DNA of 64,000 nucleotides from Mobula hypostoma (Eukaryota): positions 92,444,001 to 92,508,000 of the forward strand of contig NC_086108.1 of assembly GCF_963921235.1 (NCBI RefSeq), read 5' to 3'. A program made the position numbers and the translations under genes. Below the pieces are notes generated by a model that searched no databases, had not been told where the DNA came from, and saw nothing but the letters and a program-made list of their open reading frames with translations. Within the stretch, counting starts at the first letter, position 1; each line of letters begins with the position of its first letter. Below, one piece after another: positions 14,167 to 27,639 of this stretch.

Positions 14167-15074
14167 TGGAATTAACTACACTGATTCCATAAAACTTACT
14201 CATTTTATTTTAAAATATTTCCCAATAATAGCTTTTCTTAAAAACAAATTTGCTGATTAATGAGCACAATAGTGTACTAAGTTTGCAACTTATGGAAATT
14301 TAAAAGATGTGAACTTAGATATCCACCCCTCTTACTGAGTCAGTAAATCTGATCAATTGTGCATTATGACCAAAAAATGCTGTAAGCAACATTAGCTTTC
14401 AACTCCTCTGGGTGAGAATGATAAGGAGTCGTAAAGGCTCCTTTGGAAATGGAAATCTGTCCCTCACGTGTAGATCCTGCCTACGTAGTTCCAATATATA
14501 CTACATGGTCAATTCCAGATGTTGAGTTAAGTGAAAGAGAACAAGACCATATTTTGGCATAGACAATAAATGCCAAAATATGCAGCTGTCTACCAAGACT
14601 GACATCCTAAAAATAATAATGCTGAAAGCAAAGCAAGCTTACTTTGCAATCTTTAATCATTAATCAAAAAGGATTTTATAGAGAAAATATATACTCTATA
14701 TGTAGTGCAGTTCTTAAATGAAGTTTGATTTTCAAAGAAACTGCACCTGAAAAGTACAATTTTTCAGCTCTACCTTATAATTTTGTCAATGAAACTACTC
14801 TGGAAAAGTTGTCTGAGAAGATATTGCACCTTAGAAAGACTGTCTTGATCTAATACCTTCTTATATTTCAAGATTAGTTAATGTAGGCATCAGGAGTGGG
14901 GAAAAAATAGCATTTTCATCAGGGAATTCTGAAGCAAAAAACAAAGATCAGAGGAAGAAAATCCTAACTGAGAGTAGGTGTAAACAGAACTGTAGTTATG
15001 AAGTGAGTGCAAAACATTTCATAATTGGCATTGTTTGAATTTGCCTTTTCACATAAAATCACCCGACTACATAC

Positions 15075-15220
15075 CTGGAGTTCCATTCAATCCTCTTAGT
15101 GTCAGTCAGTGTTTGATAACCATTGCAGAAACAAACTGATATTTTCGCACTTAAATAATGGAACAGAATTTGAAATATCGTGAAACTAGTTACTGTAACC
15201 AACCAGTCAAGTGAAGCCAT
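15075..15220 (-). CDS. TLCD4: TLC domain-containing protein 4 (TMEM56), first coding exon (exon spans 15075-15233 including 13 nt of 5'UTR)
   Basis: Translates MASLDWLVTVTSFTIFQILFHYLSAKISVCFCNGYQTLTDTKRIEWNS(R), matching the TMEM56 N-terminus (…KKIEWNSR). Acceptor cttttgttttcttacag, donor AG|gtatgt; 146 coding nt, ends in phase 2. Confidence 0.95.
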
Positions 15221-15849
15221 TACAACTCGACTTCTGTAAGAAAACAAAAGTGATAATGTTCCAAGTAAATTTAAGACTACTAAATTAATCCAACAAACAT
15301 TGGTTGAAGTTGACATTTCAGACCTCTCCAAACACAGCTTTTGGCAGCACAGAAGTTAAGTTCCAAGACTAGCATCTATAGGCTTGGGCTTTTTACATGA
15401 ATAAAAAGTTGAAATCCACCATGGCACCTGGGGAGTATAAATTTAATTAATAAATCTGGAATTTCAAATATAAGTTTGCAATCAGTAATAGAAATCAAAA
15501 GCTCCTCAGCTTCAGAAATGCCTTATCATGAAAGGAAATCCTCCAAGCTCAGTCTCTGGTAGATCATATGATGTGGTTGATGTGGTTCTATGAAGTGAAC
15601 CGGGAGCCACGCAGTTTCAGGGATAATTAAGAACTGATAGTAGATATTAGACAGCGCACATACAGAATGAACAATAAAAACAATCCCTTTATTAATAAGA
15701 ACCAAGGAAAATAAAATTAATTTTCTAAGAAAAGTTTGAATCTAAAAAGATCAGTAGATCCCTAGTTTTGACTCCCAAGGACTAAACTAAAAGAAATTCA
15801 AGAAAACAAAAACAAAAGCTGGGAATATTCTCAAGATTCTCCTGCACCC

Positions 15850-16300
15850 ATTTTCTCTTCCCTTCAGCAGTCTCTCGGAATTCAGCGTGATTTCCCACCA
15901 CTGTGAGTTCAAAGTTTGAAATTCTCATCAAAGTCTTGATGGAGTCAATGAGGAGCCCACACTCTTCCACAGATGGGAGAGGTCGGGGGTGCGCAGAGGT
16001 TCTCAGTTATCCGGAATTCTCCTTTGAACAGTCATACGCTAAGGATTCTCACTACTTTGTGGAGATGTTGCATATTTCCCCTCAGACGTAAGAGACGAAG
16101 TTGTTGATTTGTGAATGAAGTTCAACATCATCTGTTAAAGCTTCAGTAGTGATATCATCTGTGCCAGGGAACTTATTTCTCGACAAATGACCTTAGACTT
16201 TATCAATGACTGGTGGTAGGAAGGCTGAATGCGTAGGTTGCTGTGGGATGGGACCCTTCAACAATAATTTGTTAGCAGCAGCATTCCTGTTGCTGCCATT
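15850..16300 (-). mobile_element. Decayed RTE-clade LINE pieces
   Basis: Minus strand: KFPGTDDITTEAL (KAPGxD motif) and the terminal zinc-finger remnant PICGRV; resembles the RTE end at about 62110. Confidence 0.55.
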
Positions 16301-16819
16301 GGTTTAGGGTAGGATATTAGAAATAAAGAGTAGACCATGGTTAGTGGAAGTATCAATGGTATCTAACATGGTGCAGAAGATGCACGCATATTTGCAGCCA
16401 CTTACATGCAGAATTTTATAACCTAACACATACCAGTGCCTGGGTCAGAGACCTGTTGAATTCACTTTCCTTATTCCTGTCTTGCTGATCGCACCCCTTA
16501 AAAAGATTACAATGTTTCCAACTCTGGCATTGAATTCTTCCAGGAGAATTTAGTCTCCCTTTACGAAAAAAGGCAACATTTTTCTCTATAGTTCCAGGGT
16601 TGGGGTGTATGTGATGATCATTACATTGTGGTTCTATATTACAGCAAGCAGAAAGAGATTTTGTGGCGCAGTGTGGACAGATTGGTGGGTGCCAGCATGT
16701 TGGTATCCAGTCAACAGAGATAAATTTATCCTGCTGGAACTTTTCACATCTACAGTCTTTCTGATGAGAGGTTGTGCATTAGTTATACAAAGCACCAGTG
16801 AGAACATGTGCAGGAATAC

Positions 16820-17300
16820 TAGGTACAGTATTCATCTTTTTAAGTTTTTGGAAGCAGTTCAAAGAAGGTCGACTAGACTAACACTAGGAATGGAGGGGTT
16901 TGTCTTATGAGAAAAGATTCAATAAAAACTCAGTTGGAGTTCGGAAAAATGAGACAAAAGTTGACAGAAACATAAGATTAAAGAATGTTGTCAAGGTGAA
17001 TGTGATGCGACGTTTCTTCTTATGGGAGACTCAAACTGCAGGACATTGATTAAAAACAGGGAGTTTCTCATTTAAGACAGAAGAGGCACTTTTTTCTCAA
17101 TTGTGAGTTATAGGAACTCCCTTCCACAGAAGGAGGAAGACAACAGAGTTTTCAAATAACACAGAGGTATACGGATACTTAATAGGCAAGGAGGTGGTAA
17201 CAGGAACGTGGAACTGAGTTTACAATCAACTCAGCTCAGATCTTATTCAGTGACAAAGCAAGCATGAGGGCAAAGGGTTCTGCTCCTATCCCTTATTCAT
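16820..17300 (+). mobile_element. Old CR1 LINE 3' fragment
   Basis: LEAVQRRSTRLTLGMEG… followed by a decayed CR1 3' UTR. Confidence 0.65.
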
Positions 17301-17947
17301 TTGTATGTATGCACAATAAAATGATCGTGAAAGATATTTATCCTGATTATCCGCCAGGGCATTCACATTACCCCTTTCAAGCCAAGAGATATTTACTCTC
17401 TGGAGCATTTGACAGTAACATTTGTTTGCACAAGATAAAATATAATTGGTTTACAATCCGTATTTATATTTGTCTCATTATCCAACAACACAAGATCGCA
17501 GAGTCAGACTTTTAACCTTGAATCAAGGAATTAGAGTTGTCCTCACAATTGCCGTCAGCCGAGCAAACAACGCGACAGTAAAAAAGCACAGATTACCCTT
17601 CTTCTGATTCCTTTGCCTCAATCCTCACCAAAAGCCTGAATGTTTTTGAAGAAAAATCAAAACTGTGTATTCAAAGCTAATCTGAACAGCGTAACTACGG
17701 CAGAGGCAACAATTTAAAATGCTTCCAGGATGCTGACTGACCTGCTGAGTTCCTCCAAAATTTTTTGTTTTTCTGCATTTCTGTGTCTGCGGAATCCACA
17801 CATAAGAGATTCTGCAAAATCTTGTGCTTATGCTTCCAGGTAACACGGTTTAAATCCTAACCCTTAGTTTGAACCAAAATGCTATCCTGTAAGTTCTAAC
17901 CTTTAAAAAAATTTAAACACCACTGAGCTGATCATCACATAAAATAT

Positions 17948-17967
17948 ACACACACACACACACACAC
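17948..17967. repeat. (CA)n microsatellite
   Basis: acacacacacacacacacac. Confidence 0.9.
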
Positions 17968-18276
17968 CCAGAGTTCTACTAAATTCAGTTTGCTAATTGA
18001 GGATTGACATGCAACCATTATAAGTCAGTACTGGTTTTTGAAATTCTGGGATTTAGCAATTAGGGTGATGTCCTATAACAGGATACGAAGAGGCAACACC
18101 CAGCTTGAGCCATTTCTCAAATCACAGATAGCCCAGAAACTTGCAATATTACACACGCAACAGATTTCCTGACTCCAAAGATAGGTTTTGCAAATTCAAT
18201 TTCTCAGAATTCAAGCAACACACAGAAAATGCTGGTGGAACACAGCAGGCCAGGCAGCATCTATTGGAAGAGGTAC

Positions 18277-18312
18277 AGTCAATGTTTCGGGTCGAGACCC
18301 TTCATCAGGACT
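18277..18312 (-). ncRNA. Minimal type I hammerhead ribozyme in a Penelope pseudo-LTR (cleavage region decayed)
   Basis: AGTC-CTGATGA-a-GGGTC tc GACCC-GAAAC-ATT-GACT. Stem I AGTC/GACT, conserved core and stem II are intact; GTC has become ATT by CpG decay. Confidence 0.8.
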
Positions 18313-18620
18313 AACTGAAAGAAGAGATAGTAAGAGAATTGAAAGTGGGAGGGGGAAGGGGAGATCCAAAATGATAGGAGAAGACAGGAAAGGGAGGGAT
18401 GGAACCAAGAGCTGGAAAGTTGATTGGCAAAAGGGATACAAGGCTGGAGAAGGGAGAGGATCATGGGACGGGAGGCCTAGGGAGAAAGAAAGGGGGAGGG
18501 GAGCCCAGAGGAAGATAGAGAGCAGGCAAGAAGTTATAGTGGGAGGGACAGAGGGAGAAAAAAAGGGGGGGGGGAATTAATAAATAAATAAGGGATGGTG
18601 TAAGAAGGGTAGGAGGGTCA

Positions 18621-21600
18621 TTAACGGAAGTTAGAGAAGTCAATGTTCATGCCATCAGGTTGGAGCCTACCCAGACGGAATATAAAGTGTTATTCCTCCA
18701 ACCTGAGTGCGGCTTCATCTTGACAATAGAGGAGGCCGTGGATAGACATATCAGAATGGGAATGGGATGTGGAATTAAAATGTGTGGCCACTGGGAGATC
18801 TTGCTTTCTCTGGCGGACAGAGCGTAGGTGTTCAGCGAACCAGTCTCCCAGCCTGCGTTGGGTCTCGCCAATATATAGAAGGCCGCACCGGGAGCACCGG
18901 ACGCAATATATCACCCTGGCCGACTCACGGGTGAAGTGCTGCCTCACCTGGAAGGACTGTCTGGGGCCCTGAATGGTGGTGAGGGAGGAAATGTAAGGGC
19001 ATGTGTAGCACTTGTTCCGCTTACAAGGATAAGTGCCAGGGAACTGTGGGATCAGTGGGAAGGGATCGGGGGGGTGGGGGGAACAAATGGACAAGGGAGT
19101 CGCGTAGGGAGCAATCCCTGCGGAAAGCGGAAGGGGGGGAGGGAAAGATGTGCTTGGTGGTGGGATCCCGTTGGAGGTGGCGGAAGTTACGAAGAATTAC
19201 ATGTTGGACCTGGAGGCTGGTGGGGTGGCGGGAGGATGGGGTGAGAGCAGATGTGCGTGCAATGGGAGAGATGCGTTTGAGAGCAGAGTTCATGGTGGAG
19301 GAAGGGAAGCCCCTTTCTTTAAAAAAAGGAAGACATCTCCTTCGTCCTGGAATGAAAAGCCTCATCCTGAGAGTAGATGCGGCAGAGACGGAGGAATTAC
19401 GAAAGGAGATGGCGTTTTTACAAGAGACAAGGTGGGAAGAGGAACAGTCTAGGTAGCTGTCAGAGTCAGTAGGCTTATAGTAGACATCAGTAGATAAGTA
19501 GTCTCCAGAGATACAGACAGAAAGATCAAGAAAGGGGAGGGAGGTGTCGGAAATGGACCAGGTAAACTTGAGGGCAGGGTGAAAGTTGGAGGCAAAGATA
19601 ATGAAGTCAACGAGCTCAGCATGCGTGCAGGAAGCAGCGCGAATGCAGTCGTCGACGTAGCGAAGGAAAAGTGGGGGACAGATACCAGTGTAGGCTTGAA
19701 ACATGGATTGTTCCACAAAGCTAACAAAAGGGCAGGCATAGCTGGAACCCATATGGGTGCCCATGGCTACACCTTTAGTTTGGAGGAAGTGGGAGGAGCC
19801 AAAGGAGAAATTATTAAGAGTAAGGATTAATTCCGCTAGATGGAGGAGAGTGGTGATAGAGGGGAACTGGTTAGGTCTGGAATCCAAAAAAAAGTGAAGA
19901 GCTTTGAGACCTTCCTGGTGGGGGATGGAGGTATAGAGGGACAGGGCATCCATGGTGAAAATAAAGCGGTAGGGGCCAGGGAACTTAAAATCATTGGGAA
20001 AATTCAGAGCGTGAGAAGTGTCACGAACATAGGTGGGAAGATATTGAACGAGGGGGGACAAAACAGTGTCGAGGTATGCAGAAATGAGTTCGGTGGGGCA
20101 GGAGCAAGCTGGACAGGCAGGTTTGTGGATCTTAGGTAGGAGGTAGAAACTGGAAGTGCGGGGTGTGGGAACTATAAGGTTGGTAGCAGTGGATGGGAGA
20201 TCCCCTGAGCTGATAAGGTTGGTGATGGTTTGGGAGACAGTGGCCTGGTGCTCCTTAGCGGGTACATGATCGAGGGGTAAATAAGAGGAGGTATCCGCGA
20301 GTTGTCACTGTGCCTCGGCAAGGTAGAGGTCAGTATGCCAGACTACAACAGTGCCCCCCTTATCGGTGGATTTTATAGTAAGGTTAGGATTAGTGTGGAG
20401 GGAGTGGAGAGCAGAGCGTTCGGAAGGAGTGAGGTTGGAATTGGAACAAGGTGCGGTGAAGTCGAGATGGTTGATGTCCCGTTGGCAGTTAGCAATAAAG
20501 AGATCCAGAGCAGGCAGAAGACCAGAGCGGGGTGACCATGAAGAGGAGGAGGGCTGAAGACGGGAGAAGGGGTCATCGGTGGGGTAGGAGAGTCCTTGCC
20601 GAAGAAGTAGGCTCGAAGACGGAGCTGGCGGAAGAAGAGTTCAGCGTTATGGCACACGCCATATTCACTGAGGTGTGGGCAAAGGGGGACAAAGGTAAGG
20701 CCCTTACTGAGGAAAGAGCGCTCTGCCTCGAGAGTTGAAGGTCGGAGGAGATGGTAAAGACCTGGCACGGATGAGAGCTGGGATCCGAGGGGGGACGGGG
20801 AGGGAGGCTGGTAGTGTCAGTGGAGAAGGGAGGGTTGGGCTGAGAAGAAGATGGAGCCTCTGAGGGCTCAGGAGCTGACGGTGGGATCTGAGGGAGACGG
20901 GGTTGCAGAGTGGTGGTAGGGTAAGGGGAGACGGGAGTCACAATAGCAGCACGTGAAGACCCAGCCTGCAGTTCAAGGCTGGAGTCGCAGTTGGAGGTTG
21001 CGCAATTGCTTTGAAGGTGTCCATGGTCATTGGAATCCGCATCGATGGTGCTGGAGTCTGGGTTTTGAATATGCCCTGGGTTGGTGGAGCCGCCGAGATC
21101 AATGGCGGGGGCCACAACCCAAAGTTCATGCCTGCCAGCATCGGAGCCAGCAGGCTCTGGGGTCTGCAGATGGAAGATCTTGCGAAGCTTGCCTAACATG
21201 ACAAAGTCAAAGAAATGGCGATTGCATGCATGGATCCGATGGAGGATGAAATAACGGGGAGGTCCATTATAAACGGCAAAGGAGGTGTCCCGGAGGTGTG
21301 GAAGGGTCTGGGATAGCGACGCCAAGTACCTCTTCATGGCGGAGAGGGTCGCCTTCAGAGCTTGACGGGAGAACCGAAGGGAGGCAGAGTCAATAAAATG
21401 TGAGTATCTGGGATCCTCAGAAGGTCCCAATTGAGAGGCTCGAAAACGAATCCTAAAGCCAAATGGAGTAAGTTCGCGGCAGAGACACATTCCAAGGAAG
21501 GATATATGGCTGTAGTAGCGAGTCTGAGTCAAAATGTGGTCGAAAAGTTGAAGGGCCAAAGAAATTATAGATGGGGAGCAGTGAGAGAGGGTTTCACTAA

Positions 21601-21643
21601 ACTCCCGAAGAGAAGATTTAAACTTCTTCAGTGTAGGCACCAC
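18621..21643 (-). pseudogene. Penelope-like ORF: N-terminal domain, P/S-rich linker, RT, Cys linker, GIY-YIG endonuclease (frameshifted)
   Basis: RT motifs MDALSLYTSIPH, QTKGVAMG and LRYVDD; linker PCKRNKCYTC; GIY-YIG VIYCVRCSRCGLLYIGETQRRL…EH; ends GMNIDFSNFR*. Split across several frames. Confidence 0.92.
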
Positions 21644-21964
21644 TGGAAGAGGCTTCGCAGTAGTGAATTTAAAAATGCAAACATGAGGAAATCTGCAGAT
21701 GCTGGAAATTCAAGCAACACACACACACAATGCTGGTGTAACGCAGGCCAGGCAGCATCTACTGGAAGTTCAAGTCATCATGAAGCAATTGATTTTTTTA
21801 CAGTAATCCTAAAAGAATTCTAACAGAAACAAATGCTGAAGAAAATTCATAGATGCATGTGAGCCCCCTATCTATTCATTTAGAATATCACTGCCTATAA
21901 AGTTCAGCAAGTTAAGGAAAATGAACAAAAGTCAAAACATCATCTAAAGCCATGCAAGTCCTTC

Positions 21965-22320
21965 TGGAAATACAAGAATCTGCAGATGCTGGAACCCTGA
22001 AGCAACAAACAATCTGCAGGTAGAACTCAAATAACAGAAAATCTGCAGATGTTGGAAATCCAATACACACAAAATGCTGGAGGAACTCAGCAGACCAGGC
22101 AGCATCTATGGAAAAGAGCAAACAGCTCATGTTTTGAGCCGAGACCCTTCATGATTTTGTGTCCGTATTGTTGGTAGAACTCAGTGCGTTGATCAAGATC
22201 CATATGGAGAAAGAATTTGTCAACTCTCTTGATGCAGGGTATTGACTCAACATTGTTAACAATTTCTTTCCACCTACAGATGCTGCTTGACTTGCTGAGG
22301 TCTTCCACTGGATTGTTTGA
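21965..22320. mobile_element. Nested Penelope pseudo-LTR fragments
   Basis: Two aatctgcagatg(c/t)tggaa starts; inner copy flanked by duplicated ggtagaactca (22019-22029 and 22173-22183). Confidence 0.7.
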
Positions 22321-22693
22321 TGTAAAAAGTCCTTTGGATCTTTAACACAAATTTTAGCAAGGCAAGTTCAATACCCCTTTAAACCTTCAAAAAACTCATG
22401 GACAATCCAAACATAACAGATACAAATACAAAAATGGCAATTTAAAAACCCTCCAATGTGCAACTGTTGCTGCTCTGAACAGACTATGGAGCAAGTAACA
22501 ACTTAATGCTTTCTAAACACATGACATACCTCTCCTTGCACAATTGAAATTGTACACACAGTGCATATGGCTACAGAGTTGTATGTGCTAATTGTGCGCA
22601 GCACAACCTGATCTCCAAAAATCCTCAATCTCCTTACCATGGATTCATCAAGACCAGGATTTTGCTTAGTCAGGACCGTTATGTTAACTAGTG

Positions 22694-22899
22694 CAGGGGT
22701 TCACAACCTTTTGCACACCGTGGACCAGTTTAATATTGACAATATTCTTGCGGACCTCGTGTGTGTTTAAGTTCAACGGTGGGCATGACAGGGAATGAGG
22801 AACTGTGCACCTGACTCATATCGTTTCATACAGCCAAATCGTATCATTTCCTAGCGGCCCAGTAGCACATGCTCGCGGCCCGGTGATTGGGGACCACTG
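22694..22899. mobile_element. hAT (Charlie-like) MITE, 206 bp
   Basis: Ends caggggttcacaacc / gattggggaccactg; perfect 8-bp TSD aactagtg at 22686-22693 and 22900-22907. Confidence 0.9.
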
Positions 22900-23559
22900 A
22901 ACTAGTGCACAATGAACACTATGCTTTATAAAGATTCAAAAATCGCACATTGACTTCTCTTCAGAAATTAAATTGAAATGAGTAATCCTCAACCCCAATG
23001 GATCTCACGAAGAGAACATCTGCATTGGCATGCAGAAATTTAACTCATACTTACTGCTTTATATCTATACACATCATGGGAAAATTCTTCATAGGCTAAA
23101 AGTCTTATCACTTATGATATGAACATTCTAGGTAGGGATCAGCAAGTTGAATTACGCAAACAAGAGTACAACCATTTATTTTAATGGGGGGGGGCGGGGT
23201 GGGAAAGGAAAGAGCAAGGGCTTCCAATAAAAAGACCAAAATATTGACTTACTTTGCATCTGATTTAACTTTCTCTAAAGCATAATACTAGGAAATAATT
23301 ATATTACCTGAGAACTGATTAGAAGTTAGGCAGTTGTTCAGATCAACTAAACCAAGATTTAGATTGTTGTCAGTATCTCAGCAGTTCTGGTTCCTGTCAG
23401 TCTAAACAGCTTCCTCAGTACACACGTCAAGCTAAAATAAGCAGAATTGAGGGTAAGGTGCACACATCTTAGCATTTCCAATTCCTATACCAGATGTCAG
23501 ACTTCATTAAGGGCACAAATCTACAAATATCAAAAGCTCATTCTAAATCTCTAATTTTA

Positions 23560-25660
23560 AAATATTCTTTAATCATTCAGAAGAGGATCTCATTATATAC
23601 CAGAACTACAAGAGTTAGTAGTAAATAAAATCAGAAACCAGCAAAAGAGGACATAAAAGAAATCAAAGAGGAGAAAATAAACTGTGAGTGTAAGCTATTA
23701 AGATATATAAACGTCAACAATAAAAGTAACTAGTATGCATTAAAAAGACAAGGTCATAGTAAAAACAAGTCCCTTAGAAAACAAGACTAGGTAGAGCAAA
23801 CTTGATATTTTGTATTAATTTTTTATGGAAGACATAATGAACAATGCATAAATTTTACAATAAAGAAACTAAATACCATTATAATCACGAGAATTAATCA
23901 TAGAGTTATACAACACTGAAACAGACCCTTTGGCCCAACTGGTTCATGCTGACCAAGATTTCAATCTAAACTATTCTCAATTCTCTCTAAACCCTTCCTA
24001 TCAATGTACCTCTCCAAGTGTCATTTAAATGTTGTTAACATACCTGCCTTAACTACTTCCTCTAGTTTATTCAACTTGGATGCAACTCTTAGTGTAAAAA
24101 AGTTGCCTCTCAAGTTCCTATTAAATATCTCCCATCTCAACCTAAACCTATGTCCTTTAGTTCACAATTCACCAACCTTGGGAAAAAGGCATTCTGTCTA
24201 TGCTTCTCATGATTTTAAGATCACCACTCAAGACTCCTTTGCTCCCAGGAAACAAGACTGTCCAACCTCTTCCTACAACTCAGTCTCTCAGCATCCTTGC
24301 AAATCTTTTCTGCACTCTCTCCAGTTTAATAACATCTTTCCTGCAAGTAGTGTCATCAGTACTCCAAGAACCGTCTGACCAGCCTCATTTTAACTTTCCG
24401 GTATCTATGCATAACATCCTGAATGATAAAGGCCAGGATGCCAAAAGCTTTTGTCACCACATTGTCTACCTGCGGCACCACTTTCAGGCTAGTGTTTGAC
24501 AAAGTGATGGAATTAAGGCCAAGCAAGTCTCCTGGACTTCATGATTTGCATCTAAGGAATCTAAAAAGTGTGTTTACAGAAGGGGTGGATTCTGGAGTAG
24601 TATAAAAGGATTACCGATATGATCATTTTTTATCAAAGGGTAAGAAAAATAAGTAGATATCGACAAGCTGGTTTACCCAACATTTACAGTATTATTGGAA
24701 GAGCATTATGATTATTTAATAGTGTAAAATTTGGAAAGTCATAATCTGATCAAGCAGAGTCAGTGTGATTTCATGAAAAGAAAATTCTGTCTGACAAGTT
24801 TATTACAGTTCTTTGAGAAAGTGTCAGCCAAAGTTCATGGCAGGCACCCACTTTGGATTTTTCAAGTGCTATACTACAAAACGCTGCACGAAAGCTTACT
24901 TTGCATAGTAAAAGCTTGGTATTGGAAGTATAATATTAGCATGGATTGAAAAATGACTAACTAGCTGGAAACAATGACTAGGCATAAGGGGTAACTTCCA
25001 GGATGACGAACTACAACAAGTAGGGTGCACAGAGATCAGTGAGGGACCACAGCCATTTACAAATATATACTTACTGATTTAAAGGAAGGAAAAAAGCAAG
25101 TGTACTATTACCAAATTTGTAGATGAGTAAGTAGGGTGAAGGCAAACTGTGAGAAAAATGCAAATACCTTAACAGAGAGACACTGTAGTTTAACAAGCAA
25201 AAAGATAACAAAGAATATTATATGGGAAAATGTAAAGTAGTTCAGTTTGGAAGGAACAACGATGGAACAGATAACAACTTCCCTCTTTTTCGCAGTTCTG
25301 ATGAAGACTCATCGGCCCAAAACTTTAACTGTTTCTCTTTCCATACATGCTGCCAAATGGGGTTTTAGTATTAAAGCAGAAAGTGCTACTGAACTCAGAA
25401 TCAGATTCAAGATTATTAACACCGGCGTGTGACGTGGAATTGAACTATACAAGGTACGAATGAGATTACATCCACAGTTATGATACACTCACTGTGGAAA
25501 GATATCTCATTGGAGGCAGTTTAGAGAAGGTTTATTGAGATGATCCAAGTTATGGTGAGACCATCTTTTTTTTAGGGAAAATGCTGGATTTGCCATAATC
25601 TTAGTGAAAGGCAGGGCAGACTCAAGGGGCCAAAGGACCTATTCTTCTCCCCATTTCTTC
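23560..25660. mobile_element. Patchwork of old CR1 fragments (plus-strand RT region interrupted by a minus-strand 3' fragment at about 23895-24485)
   Basis: LRPSKSPGLHDLHLRNLK, LIKQSQCDFMKRKFCLTSLLQFFE, TKFVD; minus-strand CR1 tail starting atcatagagttata. Confidence 0.7.
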
Positions 25661-26569
25661 TTGTGTAAAATCTGAACATTGGGTGTTTGACTATCTTCTT
25701 TTCCATGGATTCTTTTGATTTCTTGGTTTTGTGGCTGCCTGTTAGGAGATGGATCTCCAGGTTGTATAATGAATACATATTTTGATAATAAAATGTACTT
25801 TGAACCAAAAAAAACGTATCTATAGGTGTTGATCTATCATTGAACTGAAACCAAAACCAAAAGAAAAACACACCAAATCTGGAAATTGAAATAAAACATC
25901 AGTGTTCCAACGAATAGCCTACAATCTGAACTATTAACTGTTTCTCTTTCAAAAGGTGGTGGAAGAGTTGCTAACTGCTTCTGGCATTTTGTGTTTTTTT
26001 TTTATTCTGAATTGCACAAAAATCCTCAAATTCAAATCATGAAGTTGTTTAACTGGGTGGAATATCTTTCATCCCTTGTTTAGCAAAGAGCATCAACAGC
26101 ATGCCTCCACCTTATGCTACCCTCTCCCCACTGTAAAATCATACTGTACTGTATCAATATGATCACTAAACAAACATGAAAAGGCATAAATCTGTCGTTG
26201 AAATAGCAGTGCAAACTGGATCTAACTCCAAGTCCCCCATAACCACAAAAGGTTATATCCAGTTATAAGCCTGAATTATATCAACTAGGCAGACATTTTT
26301 TCCCTCAATGTTGTTCTAGGATCATCACCATGAATAGCAAAACAAATTTGAGCAGCTGTATGTGCTAAACCAAGACAAGAGACAAGTTAGCCCTGCAAGG
26401 GTACAACTATTGAAATGAAGCACTGTAATATGCATCACACAAGTATTCCAATAACAGTTTCATTCCTTTCAGAAACAAACAGGGAACAGAGAGTAAAAGA
26501 TCTTCAGAAACATATCAAATGATTAGTGAGTTCATTTGAATAGAGTTTTATATTTATTTTTCGTAATCT

Positions 26570-26855
26570 TTTTCCCATGGCTGAAATGGCTAACAAGAGA
26601 GGGTACAGTTTTAAGGTGCTTGGAAGTAGGTACAGAGGGGTAAGTTTTTTTTTTACGCAGAGAGTGGTGAGTGTGTGGAATAGGCTGCCGGCAACGGTTG
26701 TGGAGGCAGATACGATAGGGTCTTTTAAGAGACTTCTGGAGCTTAGAAAAATAGGGGGCTATGGGTGACCCTAGGTTATTTCTAAAGTAAGTACATGTTT
26801 GGCACAGCATTGTGGGCCGAAGAGCCTGTACTGTGCTGTAGGTTTTCTATGTTTC
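26570..26855 (+). mobile_element. CR1 LINE 3' end
   Basis: RGYSFKVLG…FFTQRVVSVWNRLPATVVEADTIGSFKRLL; tail ttttctatgtttc. Confidence 0.85.
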
Positions 26856-27639
26856 ATTCTCAGTGAAGTTTGAAAATTACCACAGTTATTATATGAGCAC
26901 AAAGTCATAGTCTAATACTATGTATAGTTTTAACAGTATGTAGTCAGCATACAAACACTTAAAAGTATTTAGCCTGCAAGAGTTGTATTTAAAAATAAAA
27001 ATGAATCACACATTAGGAAAGTGCTGCAAAAGCTAATGGTTTTACTCCACATTAACACAACCAACTGTACTGCCTTGTACAGATTTTCCACATATTACAA
27101 AGAGTACAACTGAAAGAATTAACGGGCATTCTACATCAAATAGTTTCTCCTTAATCAGAAAAAACAATTAAATAATTAATTCCAGTCTTGAATCAACACT
27201 TAAATTCATCATCTGGTTAATACTTTCAAAGCGCCTACAGTGCAGCTTTAACCACACTTTGCTCTTTTCTTCCATCAACCATTTCAGGCTTTTAAGAATC
27301 CAAGTTTGGTGAAACACAAGTGACTTCCTGTCGAACCAACTTCCTTTTCAACACAAAAGCCTAAGGGCACTGCAATACAATTGTTAAAATTTCAATAAAT
27401 CAAATAACTAAAATAAATCAAATATCTTCTCTCCCATGCAGTAAAAAGTGCTTCAGGCACAGAGAGCTTTCTTGTTCAGGGAATGCTCACCCTCTCCCCC
27501 ATTCGGTCTGTTTTATCTTCAGCACTTCTGCAATCTGTTTGAACTACTTTCAAATTTACTTTTCTCATCTGCCTCGCTAGTATAACCGTTTCTGCAGCAC
27601 TCCATTCAACCCGCTCCATACCTCTCACAACCATTTTCA

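Larger units (their letters stand above)
18207..21770 (-). mobile_element. Near full-length Penelope-like element (Neptune-type) with direct pseudo-LTRs
   Basis: Direct repeat aattcaagcaacacac…aatgctggtg…gcaggccaggcagcatcta at about 18208-18262 and 21707-21761, flanking a single frameshifted ORF. Confidence 0.93.

Noticed and set aside
15221..15331. N-terminal extension of the ORF-track protein 15059..15331 (MERSEM…)
   Set aside because: It runs through a strong splice acceptor at 15234-15235, and homology to TMEM56 starts at the ATG at 15220.
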